Part shown: piece after piece, positions 33,757 through 43,113 of the stretch
Layout: each line of letters starts with the position of its first letter
Position numbering within the stretch: the stretch's first letter is position 1
Assembly (NCBI GenBank): GCA_951828515.1
Contig: OX639992.1
Location: 1,706,561-1,770,560 of the forward strand
DNA length: 64,000 nt
From: an uncultured Poribacteria bacterium
GTDB taxonomy: Bacteria; Poribacteria; WGA-4E; WGA-3G
Reading direction: 5' to 3'
Program-made: the position numbers and the translations under genes
Notes under the pieces: model-generated
What the model was told of the DNA's origin: nothing
The model's input: only the letters and a program-made list of their open reading frames with translations
Database searches by the model: none

Positions 33757-34557
33757 ATGAATGCTGACGAAAAATATCTATTCGATCTGAATGGTTACCT
33801 CGTTGTCAAGAACGTGCTAACACCCGAAGAGGTAGCAATAGCGAATGAAGCGATTGATAAACATAGCGAGCAAGGACGCATCCGTCCACGCGAACAGGCA
33901 CTCGATGGCGGCTCCCCGGAATTAAAAGGTGAGCAGGGCAGAGCGGAACTCGGCGGTATGCTCAATTGGGAGGAACCGTGGTGTAATCCGTTCCGACACA
34001 TGCTTGCACACCCGACACTCATTCCTTATCTCAATGAAATATTGGGAAAAGGGTTTCGAATGGATCATCAGATGTTCCTGCTTTCAATGGACAAGGGTGC
34101 AGAGGGGCATACGTTCCATGGCTCCTCCGGTCCTGGTTTCGATCCGAACCAATACTATATTTTCCGTGACGGACGTATGCACAACGGCTTGACTGTCGTT
34201 ACATTCCAATTGACGGATGTGCCACCCGGAGCGGGTGGGTTAATCGTTATACCGGGAAGCCATAAGAGCAACTACCCGTGTCCGCAAAAGATGCGGCTTT
34301 ACCAAGAACACCAAGAGAACATCCGACAACTCGTCTGCAACGCCGGCGATGTGGCAATCTTCACGGAGGCGGTGACGCACGGAACACTTCCGTGGACAGC
34401 CGACCATCCGCGCCGCTCCATTCTAACCCGGTATACCGCAGGCAACATGGCGTATGTTCCTGCCTATGAAATACCGGAATGGGCAAATGAGCGACAGCGT
34501 GCTGTCATGGAACCACCTTATCATTCGCGATTAAATCGTCCCACCTTGGAAACATAG
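33757..34557 (+). CDS. Phytanoyl-CoA dioxygenase (PhyH) family protein, tandem near-identical copy 1
   Basis: MNADEKYLFDLNGYLVVKNVLT, PGSHKSNYP and FTEAVTHGTLPW. It is 266 aa if started at the ATG at 33757. Confidence 0.8.
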   Translation: MNADEKYLFDLNGYLVVKNVLTPEEVAIANEAIDKHSEQGRIRPREQALDGGSPELKGEQGRAELGGMLNWEEPWCNPFRHMLAHPTLIPYLNEILGKGFRMDHQMFLLSMDKGAEGHTFHGSSGPGFDPNQYYIFRDGRMHNGLTVVTFQLTDVPPGAGGLIVIPGSHKSNYPCPQKMRLYQEHQENIRQLVCNAGDVAIFTEAVTHGTLPWTADHPRRSILTRYTAGNMAYVPAYEIPEWANERQRAVMEPPYHSRLNRPTLET

Positions 34558-34652
34558 GAAGGTTTTTAATTTATGGGATCCTGGACTGCGCTCTGCTCCG
34601 CTTACGCGCAGGTTTCTGGTGAGGTCGCAACTGAAATAAGGAAAGTTAAAAT

Positions 34653-35453
34653 ATGAATGCTGACGAAAAATATCTATTCGATCTGAACGGTTACCTCGTT
34701 GTCAAGAACGTGCTAACACCCGAAGAGGTAGCAATAGCGAACGAAGCGATTGATAAACATAGTGATCAGGCACGCATCCGTCCACGTGACCAGACGCTTG
34801 ATGGTGGCTCTCCGAAACTGAAAGGGGAGCAGGGCAGAGCGGAACTCGGCGGTATGCTCAATTGGGAGGAACCGTGGTGTAATCCGTTCCGACACATGCT
34901 CGCGCATCCTACACTTGTTCCCTATCTCAATGAGATATTGGGAAAGGGCTTCCGTATGGATCATCAAATGTTTCTGCTTTCAATGGACAAAGGGGCAGAA
35001 GGCTTCATTTTCCACGGATCTTCAGGTCCCAGTTTTGATCCGAATCAATACTATATTTTCCGTGACGGACGCATGCACAACGGCTTGACTGTCGTTACAT
35101 TCCAATTGACGGATGTGCCACCCGGAGCGGGTGGGTTAATCGTTATACCGGGAAGCCATAAGAGCAACTACCCGTGTCCGCAAAAGATGCGGCTTTACCA
35201 AGAACACCAAGAGCATATCCGACAACTCGTCTGCAACGCCGGCGATGTGGCAATCTTCACGGAGGCGGTGACGCACGGAACACTTCCGTGGACAGCCGAC
35301 CATCCGCGCCGCTCCATTCTAACCCGGTATACCGCAGGCAACATGGCGTATGTTCCTGCCTATGAAATACCGGAATGGGCAAATGAACGCCAGCGTGCTG
35401 TCATGGAACCACCCTATCATTCGAGATTAAATCGTCCCACCTTGGAGACGTAG
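34653..35453 (+). CDS. Phytanoyl-CoA dioxygenase (PhyH) family protein, tandem near-identical copy 2
   Basis: It differs from 33757-34557 at 10 of 266 residues by manual alignment. The C-terminal half has a single difference. Confidence 0.85.
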   Translation: MNADEKYLFDLNGYLVVKNVLTPEEVAIANEAIDKHSDQARIRPRDQTLDGGSPKLKGEQGRAELGGMLNWEEPWCNPFRHMLAHPTLVPYLNEILGKGFRMDHQMFLLSMDKGAEGFIFHGSSGPSFDPNQYYIFRDGRMHNGLTVVTFQLTDVPPGAGGLIVIPGSHKSNYPCPQKMRLYQEHQEHIRQLVCNAGDVAIFTEAVTHGTLPWTADHPRRSILTRYTAGNMAYVPAYEIPEWANERQRAVMEPPYHSRLNRPTLET

Positions 35454-35468
35454 GAAGGAATAACTGAT

Positions 35469-36539
35469 ATGTCTACTTCAACGAGCGCAATCCTGGGTCT
35501 CATTTTTCTGGGACTTGCGAATGCCTCCGTTTTCCTGATGTTCAAACTATGGGGTTACCCATTTGACAAAGAGACACATACGAGTTCCGCCCCGCGGTCC
35601 TTGATGCTGCTCCATCGACTCATCGGCTACGCATATGCGATACTCTACGTCTTTATGATGTGGTACATGGTGCCACGTTTGTGGAATTACCAAGTCGAAC
35701 TTCCGCCGCGTACCGTCGCGCACCTGATGCTCGGCATTACGATCGGCGTACTGATCCTCGTCAAGATTGCCATTCTCCGGTTTTTCCGGCACTTTGAGGA
35801 AGCGATGCCGTATATTGGCACGACGCTGCTGATTTGCACTTATCTATTGATTGGATTGTCGGTGCCGTTTACATTCCGAGAAGCAGCATTGCGAACACAG
35901 ACAGACGCGTTCAGCGATGAGGGTATTGCACGAACCCGTAAGTTACTTGAAAACGCAGGATTGCCAGAGGAAGCACCACTCGATCAGTTGGCATCGAAGC
36001 GAAAATTGCAGGACGGACAGTATGTCCTACAGCGTAAGTGCGTTATCTGCCACGATCTACGCACCATTCTCGCGAAGCCACGCACGCCTACAGATTGGGT
36101 CCGCCTCGTCAATCGCATGGCGATAAAGCCAATGATCGGCGAACCAATTTACACAGAAGAGGAGTGGACAGTCTCGGCATATCTTATTGCTATCACGCCT
36201 GACATCCAAACCTCGGTTCGGCAACAGCGGCAACAACAGATGCGTGCGAACGAGGCGAAAGCAGCCGCTCAAATCGCAACTTTTGCTATGGAAATGGATA
36301 TAGAAGTTGAAACCGATATAACGACAACGCCCTACAACGAAGTGGAAGCGAAAGCACTCTTTGAGGACAAATGCTCTCAATGCCATCCCGTCACCGATGT
36401 TGAAGACTATCCACCTCGCTTTGAGGAGGAGACAACCGAGATGGTAGCACGGATGATAGACAACGGGCTTTACCTTGAAGAAGTAGAGATCGAATTCATT
36501 ACGCGCTATATCAACGAGAACTATCTTGACAGTGAGTAG
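35469..36539 (+). CDS. Membrane-anchored dihaem c-type cytochrome
   Basis: Several N-terminal TM helices, then two CxxCH motifs (KCVICHDL, KCSQCHPV), each followed by a candidate axial Met (VNRMAIKP, VARMIDNG). Confidence 0.7.
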   Translation: MSTSTSAILGLIFLGLANASVFLMFKLWGYPFDKETHTSSAPRSLMLLHRLIGYAYAILYVFMMWYMVPRLWNYQVELPPRTVAHLMLGITIGVLILVKIAILRFFRHFEEAMPYIGTTLLICTYLLIGLSVPFTFREAALRTQTDAFSDEGIARTRKLLENAGLPEEAPLDQLASKRKLQDGQYVLQRKCVICHDLRTILAKPRTPTDWVRLVNRMAIKPMIGEPIYTEEEWTVSAYLIAITPDIQTSVRQQRQQQMRANEAKAAAQIATFAMEMDIEVETDITTTPYNEVEAKALFEDKCSQCHPVTDVEDYPPRFEEETTEMVARMIDNGLYLEEVEIEFITRYINENYLDSE

Positions 36540-36649
36540 GAGGAAGGACTCACACGGCATTTGAACCATCCCTATTCACTGACTTCTGAGCGCGCTCGCA
36601 AGCCAGAGATTACTTCGTAGCGGATGTGTTCCTGTGCAGTCCTAAAAAT

Positions 36650-38263
36650 ATGACAAAAACAAAGATCGCTGATCTCAGCGAACTCAATGATCGCGAGCCG
36701 ACTTACGCCCTCGTCGCAAACGTCGATCTCGTGGTCATCCGGTATGACAACGAAGTTTCTGTGCTCTACGGCAGATGCCATCACCGCGGCGCTTTACTCG
36801 CTGACGGTTATATTGACGGCGAAAACCTAATATGTGGCGTTCACTACTGGGATTACCGCTACGATACAGGTATAAGCGAATACCAGAACACGGAACGTCT
36901 CGCTAAATTTAATGCATGGATAGAGGACGATGCTGTCTATGTCGACGAAGATGAAATCCGAGAGTGGGAACATCAGAACCCACAACCTTACCATCGGGAC
37001 GAATATCACGGAACGTATCAAGACATTCACGGCACCCCAGAAGAACCGTATGTCGCCCAGATCCAAGAATTGGCGCGTCATGGACTGAGTAAAGTCGGAC
37101 ACCACGGCCAAACTGAGGCGATGGGAGTGCTGCGGGAGGATTTACCGAATTGGGACGCGCTTCAATTTGTTGTTGCGCAGTTGCATAAAACACCACATCT
37201 CGATGACGAACCGGTCGAAACGGAGTTGGTTATAGGTCCGCGAGCAAAAAAACCGCTAAAACTCGATATACCGATTTTTGTCTCCGATATGAGTTTTGGT
37301 GCGCTGTCAGCCGAGGCGAAAATCGCATTAGCGAAGGGCGCGGAAATGGCAGGCACAGGTATCTGTTCCGGCGAAGGTGGGATGCTATTGGCAGAGGCTG
37401 AAGCAAACAGTCGTTACTTCTATGAACTCGCTTCGGCACGGTTCGGATTCTCCTATGATAAACTCGAACACGCGCAGGCATTCCACTTCAAGGGAGGACA
37501 AGGGGCAAAAACGGGGACAGGCGGACATCTCCCCGGCAACAAGGTAACAGAGGAGATAGCGGCGGTACGTGGACTACAAGCGGGGGAACCCGCGATTTCA
37601 CCCGCCCGGTTTCCGGATTGGGAGACACTCGACGACTTCGCAAAATTTGCGGAACTCGTGCGGAAGGAGACCCACGGCATTCCGATCGGGTTTAAACTCT
37701 CCGCACAGCACATCGAGAAAGACATCGAAGCCGCGCTCCACATCGGTGTGGATTACATTATTCTCGACGGTAGAGGCGGCGGTACTGGTGCCGCACCGCT
37801 TTTATTCCGAGATAACATCTCGGTCCCAACAATACCAGCCTTGGCACGCGCCCGGAAATATCTTGATGAAACGGGGAACAGAGATGTCACGCTTATTATT
37901 ACCGGCGGTTTACGAACTCCAGCTGATTTTGCGAAAGCGTTAGCACTCGGTGCAGATGGTGTTGCAATTGCGAATTCCGCGATGCAGGCGATCGGCTGTA
38001 TTGGGATGCGCGCATGTCATACCAACAACTGTCCAGTCGGTATTGCAACACAGAAGGAGCATCTGCGTTCTCGACTCAAGGTAGAAGTCTCAGCACAGCG
38101 TTTGAATCGGTTTCTCGGTGCGTCCGTCTCCCTCATGCAGGTGTTAGCGCGTGCCTGTGGACACACCCATTTAAATCAGTTCAATTCGGACGACTTGACG
38201 ACGTGGGCGCGCGACATCGCCTATTTGACAGGCGTTAAATACGCTGGAGTTGTGCCGTTGTAA
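36650..38263 (+). CDS. Rieske [2Fe-2S] domain fused to an FMN-dependent glutamate-synthase-related (GltS domain 2-like) domain
   Basis: Rieske CxH-x16-CxxH (RCHHRGALLADGYIDGENLICGVHYW). GltS-FMN motifs follow: GAKTGTGGHLPGNKV, ILDGRGGGTGAAP, ITGGLRTPADFAKALALGADGV and CHTNNCPVGIATQ. Confidence 0.8.
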   Translation: MTKTKIADLSELNDREPTYALVANVDLVVIRYDNEVSVLYGRCHHRGALLADGYIDGENLICGVHYWDYRYDTGISEYQNTERLAKFNAWIEDDAVYVDEDEIREWEHQNPQPYHRDEYHGTYQDIHGTPEEPYVAQIQELARHGLSKVGHHGQTEAMGVLREDLPNWDALQFVVAQLHKTPHLDDEPVETELVIGPRAKKPLKLDIPIFVSDMSFGALSAEAKIALAKGAEMAGTGICSGEGGMLLAEAEANSRYFYELASARFGFSYDKLEHAQAFHFKGGQGAKTGTGGHLPGNKVTEEIAAVRGLQAGEPAISPARFPDWETLDDFAKFAELVRKETHGIPIGFKLSAQHIEKDIEAALHIGVDYIILDGRGGGTGAAPLLFRDNISVPTIPALARARKYLDETGNRDVTLIITGGLRTPADFAKALALGADGVAIANSAMQAIGCIGMRACHTNNCPVGIATQKEHLRSRLKVEVSAQRLNRFLGASVSLMQVLARACGHTHLNQFNSDDLTTWARDIAYLTGVKYAGVVPL

Positions 38264-38313
38264 ACACTTGTGTCCCACCCAATTGCGATGCTGGCGATGG
38301 CAGTCCAAGAGAT

Positions 38314-39687
38314 TCACACATCATAGTGCATGAAAGATAGAAACGCGCCCATAAAGAAGACGAGGTTGAATAGAAACAGTAGCAGGATATTCAAACTGGC
38401 TTCGTCAAACGCGGTGGAAAAGCCAGATGGGGTGTCGTCAAATTTTGGAATCTTATCCACGTTTATTTGAATCTTCGACAATTTCTGCCTTTCCACATCT
38501 TCAAGAAAGAGGTTGGGATTGAACGGATATTCTTCATAGGTGAACTGTAGGAGGCTGCGCCGATATTCTATCGCCTTCTTGAAAAACCGTTCGTAATGTT
38601 TGATGCCGGTGCCGACCAATGCCTCACAGCCGATCTGATAGATCGACGTTGGCGAGATACGGGATATATTCTGCGCGAGTTTCACCTGATGCAGTTGTTG
38701 GTTGCGGTATTCATTGTAAATCGCTTGCTTGGCATCCGCGATTTTGGCAGAACGGGTCAGGGGTTCGCCGGGCGACCAGCGCGCGCTAAATCTACCCTCG
38801 CCGTATCGTCTACGGATATCGTGCATCGTATCATCTGCCTGTCTGGTTATCGTCTTCTCATCAGGGAGTTCCACCAATTGACTTGCCAGCAATCCGCCTG
38901 TCCTTGGAATAAACACCGCAAAACACACCCAAACCAAAAGGAGTAGGACGAGACTGACCGATGAACTTCTTGTAAGACAGGAGATGAATAGTCCAAGTGT
39001 CGCGAAAACAGAAATATAGAGGACTGAAAACAGGGCGACTCCGCCAATCTGTAGCCAATAGGTCGATTCAAAAGGTAGAATCCCGAAAAGCGAGATGATG
39101 AGTGTGTTCATGCAAATCCCGATAATCAAAGGAATCGATAGACTGATGAGTGTGCCGATATATTTCCCAAAAAGCAAAGTTGCGCGAGGGAGCGAATTAG
39201 AAAGACAGAGGCGGAGCGTGCCTGTTTCTGCCTCGCCTGAGATGCTGTCATAGGTCATAGCAAACGCCGCGAAACTCAGAATAACGCCGACGGTAAACAC
39301 CCAATCCAATGCCTCAAATCTCTGGAGTGTGTAGTTTCTCCGAAGTATTGTTTGCGGACCAACCAGTTCAAACGCATCCACAGCGAAGGCATTCGGCAGG
39401 TCTTTTTCATTCCCTTCAGCGATAAATCCCAATGGGCTTGGCAAACGATATATCAGTTGTGTTGGTCTGAAACTGACCACACGGTGTAAGCCTCTCTTCG
39501 TTTTATCTTCGAGAATCTGAAGGTTTTCGCTGACATTTTCGCGGTAATCCGCAACCTGTTGCCGGTAATCGTGGATGTACAGCACACTTCCCGTCAACAT
39601 TAAGACGATTACCAGAACCAACGTCAAGGCGAAACGGAGACTCTGTAGATGATCTAAAAGTTCTCTCCAGATAATTTCACGTAGCAT
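38314..39687 (-). CDS. ABC-2-type transporter permease-like membrane protein
   Basis: N-terminal TM, a large extracytoplasmic loop, a cluster of TM helices (TLLFGKYIGTLISLSIPLIIGICMN...) and a C-terminal TM. It is paralogous in architecture to the upstream gene. Confidence 0.6.
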   Translation of the reverse strand: MLREIIWRELLDHLQSLRFALTLVLVIVLMLTGSVLYIHDYRQQVADYRENVSENLQILEDKTKRGLHRVVSFRPTQLIYRLPSPLGFIAEGNEKDLPNAFAVDAFELVGPQTILRRNYTLQRFEALDWVFTVGVILSFAAFAMTYDSISGEAETGTLRLCLSNSLPRATLLFGKYIGTLISLSIPLIIGICMNTLIISLFGILPFESTYWLQIGGVALFSVLYISVFATLGLFISCLTRSSSVSLVLLLLVWVCFAVFIPRTGGLLASQLVELPDEKTITRQADDTMHDIRRRYGEGRFSARWSPGEPLTRSAKIADAKQAIYNEYRNQQLHQVKLAQNISRISPTSIYQIGCEALVGTGIKHYERFFKKAIEYRRSLLQFTYEEYPFNPNLFLEDVERQKLSKIQINVDKIPKFDDTPSGFSTAFDEASLNILLLFLFNLVFFMGAFLSFMHYDV

Positions 39688-39691
39688 CTTC

Positions 39692-41230
39692 TCACCTCAC
39701 CTCGCTTTTCAAGAACATCGCTCCTGTAATCAGAAACAGCAGGATGTTGAGAAAAACCAGGTAGACTAAATCCGGGAAGACACCTCCCAGAGCGTTATTT
39801 CCAGACGCGGGTCCACTGGTAAAGACAGGCATGCCACTTAAGTCGAGTGGTTCCACGTCATCCCAACTTTTCGGTGTGATGTTTGCGAAAAACGCTTCTT
39901 CGTCTGATTCCGTGAGTTCTGCTTGTGAGGGCATATCGTTGAGATTGACTGACGTGAACCAGCTGATACTTGAGAAAGCCCCTTGTTCTTGCATATATGC
40001 CATCAGTGCTTTTCGGTAATCCTGTGCTTGATGGATGAACCGCTCATGTCTCCTCAGATCCGTGCCAGATAAGCCCGCAGAGATGTTGTAGTAAACCCAT
40101 GCCGGAGAAAGTCTGGAAAGATTTTCAGCCAAAACGGTCTGTCTTTTCAGCGAACGGTAGTATTCCTGATGGAGGTTTCCTATCTGCTCTGCGTATTCAA
40201 TGCGGTGTGGAATGTAAAATTGAGCACCGTTGAGATACCAGAGCATCGCTTCTCTGGATGCTGTTAGGACTTGGAAAGCAAATGGCTGATTGCCACTAAT
40301 CACACCGTATCCTGTTGCAAAGTACGAGTTGCTTCGATGCTTTGCACCATAATCTCTGATTTTCTCATTAAATGCTGTCCTGATTGCCGCGCTCTCTATG
40401 TTAACCACGGCTTTGGAAGGTATCGGTCGTACCTGTTTTGCGATATACACGGCACCGTTTGGGATGATGAACACAATTACAATCCATAGGAATAGCAACC
40501 AGACGAGTGCCCTCGCCGACCGATGGGTGATGGCTGAAACCAGCATCGAAAACAGGAAAAAGACAGAAAGGTATAACGCCAAAGCCGCAAACAGTAAACC
40601 GAACCTGCTCCATTCAGCGATGTGAAATTCTATCATCGGGTTTACGTTTATCAATAGAGCCGCGGCTATCCAACCGATTGCGAGTGGCACGAGGAGACTC
40701 GCCATTCCGCCAAGGTATTTCCCAATCAGAATATGGTATTTCGAGACTGGGTTTGATGCCACAAGTGCGAGTGTTCCACTTTCACGCTCACCGCAAATGA
40801 CATCGTAAGCGATGGAAATCACAAACAGGCTGAACGCAATCTGCCCCATGAGCACCGCATCAACAGCGGAAAAAACGTTCAGAAGCGGGTTGCCACCGCC
40901 GAGTATTCGCGCCTCTGTGGGGACATCTTCGTAGGAAACCTTTACTGTGCTTCCGAGCTGCCGCTCCATCCCTAAGCAGATAACACTTAAGGGTTCAGGC
41001 GGTTTTGCGATGTCCAGTCTCAGATATGAATACACCTTCACTTTCTCAAGGGCGTTCCGATGCTCGATTTCTGCAGCATTGTGAATGCTGAGTCGCTTCT
41101 CGTAGTCCTCCATCAGCACATACGTACTGGCGATGAAAAGCGCAAGGCAGACGATTAACCCGATGAATAGACGGAGGGAGAGGATGTTTTCTGTGAACTC
41201 TCTTTTGGCGATTATCCAGATGGGGGACAT
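39692..41230 (-). CDS. ABC-2-type transporter permease-like membrane protein
   Basis: IWIIAKREFTENILSLRLFIG N-terminus typical of ABC-2/NosY-like permeases, with multiple TM helices. It is separated from the downstream paralogue by a 4-nt gap. Confidence 0.65.
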   Translation of the reverse strand: MSPIWIIAKREFTENILSLRLFIGLIVCLALFIASTYVLMEDYEKRLSIHNAAEIEHRNALEKVKVYSYLRLDIAKPPEPLSVICLGMERQLGSTVKVSYEDVPTEARILGGGNPLLNVFSAVDAVLMGQIAFSLFVISIAYDVICGERESGTLALVASNPVSKYHILIGKYLGGMASLLVPLAIGWIAAALLINVNPMIEFHIAEWSRFGLLFAALALYLSVFFLFSMLVSAITHRSARALVWLLFLWIVIVFIIPNGAVYIAKQVRPIPSKAVVNIESAAIRTAFNEKIRDYGAKHRSNSYFATGYGVISGNQPFAFQVLTASREAMLWYLNGAQFYIPHRIEYAEQIGNLHQEYYRSLKRQTVLAENLSRLSPAWVYYNISAGLSGTDLRRHERFIHQAQDYRKALMAYMQEQGAFSSISWFTSVNLNDMPSQAELTESDEEAFFANITPKSWDDVEPLDLSGMPVFTSGPASGNNALGGVFPDLVYLVFLNILLFLITGAMFLKSEVR

Positions 41231-41284
41231 CTAAAAGTCTCTAATTGTTGGAAACTATGCTTGAACACTATTCAAATTGCGAGT

Positions 41285-41728
41285 CTACTCATCAAACTTT
41301 TCCTGTGTCGGGACCCTTTGCTTAGCAGCATCAGAGTTGTTAGTTGCGATCTCAAGTATCGACCGCAGATTCGCCAGAGATGTTGCGATTGATTCGAGAG
41401 CCTCTACTTCTCGGATCCGAAGTTCATCTTTCTCCGAGACAGATAACCCAGCATCGTTTGGTTCAACCTCGTTTGGCTTAGTCTCGCCTGATTCATCTTT
41501 TTTTGACTTAGTCTCTCTTGGCACGGGGGTATCGACTGCCAAGGAATTGACGTATCTGGAACGCAAATGAATTTTGAGAGTTTCCTGTAACTCAATAATC
41601 TCTGGGTCATTCAGAGCCTTCTGAACCACACTGCGGTGTATACCAGTAGCCTCCGCAATCTGGTTCACAGACGACTGCCTTAGCGACTCTTGCGCTATGC
41701 GTAATTTTTCCTCATAAGAAATCAACAT
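41285..41728 (-). CDS. Small HTH-containing protein of unknown function
   Basis: Candidate HTH (SVNQIAEATGIHRSVVQKAL) followed by a low-complexity charged tail. A strong promoter candidate lies upstream. Confidence 0.5.
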   Translation of the reverse strand: MLISYEEKLRIAQESLRQSSVNQIAEATGIHRSVVQKALNDPEIIELQETLKIHLRSRYVNSLAVDTPVPRETKSKKDESGETKPNEVEPNDAGLSVSEKDELRIREVEALESIATSLANLRSILEIATNNSDAAKQRVPTQEKFDE

Positions 41729-41777
41729 CTCTCATTTCCTCCATAGCATTTCATGCCATATTTCTTTATTTTTTGTA

Positions 41778-41806
41778 ATTATATCACACAAAATGTTAAA
41801 TATCAA
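41778..41806 (-). promoter_or_regulatory. Sigma70-type promoter candidate (TTGATA-17-TATAAT)
   Basis: Minus-strand TTGATA (41806-41801), a 17-nt spacer, and TATAAT (41783-41778), about 50 nt upstream of the ATG at 41728. Confidence 0.55.
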
Positions 41807-42144
41807 CAAAAAAACTATATTTTTGCCATATTATTTTATTTGTCGGTGTAAACACCAAATCTCATTCTACATAGATGCCTTTAAAAATCTGTTTGTTCTG
41901 TGTGAAGAAGTCCTCTTTTACCTCACCGCCGAATTGCCCAATAGCCAATATAAAGAATCGCTTTTGTACCAGCCGTCACACTCGTGTCTGCATTGCAGAA
42001 AAAGAAAAAGGCACTGCCTGCCTCGTCAATGCCTTTCTATATACGTTCTTGGATCAAGCACTTGCGGAGTGTTCACCGAGAACATTGTCACGACTCCAAT
42101 GCCCTGCTAATGAATCTTGTTCGGTAAACCGCCATGCCATGTCT

Positions 42145-42972
42145 CTACAGCCGAATTTTCTTGAATTCCTCAATCTGTGCCGTAATCGCACGTTCCGTTG
42201 GGAGACGCTCCGCGCTCGACGCACCGTAGAAGCCGACAACCCCTTCGGTATTTTCCAGAACGTATGTTGCGTCCTCTGGCTCCGCGATGGGACCCCCGTG
42301 ACAGATAACGAGGATTTCTGGATTGACCCCTTTCGCGGCATCGTGGATGGCTTGCACCCGTTTGGCGGCATCCGCAAGTGTGAGAGCAGTTTGTGCTCCA
42401 ATAGAACCTTTCGTTGTCAGTCCCATGTGTGCGACGAGAATATCAGCACCCGCATCCGCCATCTGCTCCGCCTCGGTTTCGTTAAAGGCGTAAGGTGTCG
42501 TGAGCATTCCCATCTGATGCGCCGTCCGAATCATCTCCACCTCGGGTCCGTATCCCATATCGGTCTCTTCAAGCAGTTGACGGAATGTGCCGTCAATCAG
42601 TCCGACGGTCGGGAAGTTTTGCACACCGGAAAACCCGATCGCATCTATCTGACTCAAGAAGACATCCATCAAGCGAAATGGATCCGTACCACATACGCCT
42701 GCGAGAACGGGTGTGTCTGGAACGACGGGTAGCACCTCGCTTGCCATCTCAACGACAATCTGGTTCGCGTCGCCATAGGGCATCATACCAGCAAGTGAAC
42801 CCCTGCCCGCCATTCTGAATCTGCCGGAGTTGTAGATAATAATCAGGTCAATGCCACCAGCTGCCTCACACTTCGCAGAGATACCTGTGCCTGCACCTGC
42901 TCCGATGATCGGTTTACCTGCGTCAATATTGCTGCGCAGTTGCGCTAAAATTTCTTCACGTTTGAATTTCAT
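42145..42972 (-). CDS. Phosphoenolpyruvate-hydrolase-like TIM-barrel protein (COG5564 family)
   Basis: [50 protein letters not shown] and [16 protein letters not shown], characteristic of this family. Confidence 0.75.
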   Translation of the reverse strand: MKFKREEILAQLRSNIDAGKPIIGAGAGTGISAKCEAAGGIDLIIIYNSGRFRMAGRGSLAGMMPYGDANQIVVEMASEVLPVVPDTPVLAGVCGTDPFRLMDVFLSQIDAIGFSGVQNFPTVGLIDGTFRQLLEETDMGYGPEVEMIRTAHQMGMLTTPYAFNETEAEQMADAGADILVAHMGLTTKGSIGAQTALTLADAAKRVQAIHDAAKGVNPEILVICHGGPIAEPEDATYVLENTEGVVGFYGASSAERLPTERAITAQIEEFKKIRL

Positions 42973-43113
42973 GTATCGTTATTCCTTGTGTGTAATAATT
43001 GAATGTAGTATACTACACGCATTATAGCAAAATATTTAGATTTTGCGTAATACTTTTAACCTCCTTCAATCCACCGTTTTTCATCAGGAAGTCCGTTTGA
43101 GGAAGCAACGTTC

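Noticed and set aside
34573-34656. Possible upstream leader peptide (MGSWTALCSAYAQVSGEVATEIRKVKI*) whose stop overlaps the PhyH start, with a similar MASWTVL... ORF at 18573
   Set aside because: The similarity is at the DNA-repeat level. A third copy at 49081 lacks the ATG, and the two peptides diverge and terminate differently. A dispersed repeat explains this better than a conserved uORF.
41807-42144. AT-rich ~340-bp gap examined for a small gene, ncRNA or gene remnant
   Set aside because: All six frames give short, implausible peptides, and I saw no convincing structure or repeat. It is treated as a promoter/spacer region only.
41875-42732. 285-aa plus-strand ORF
   Set aside because: It overlaps, antisense, the well-supported PEP-hydrolase-like gene (42145-42972, minus strand) with strong family motifs. 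The plus-strand product is Cys/Arg-rich and low in plausibility.
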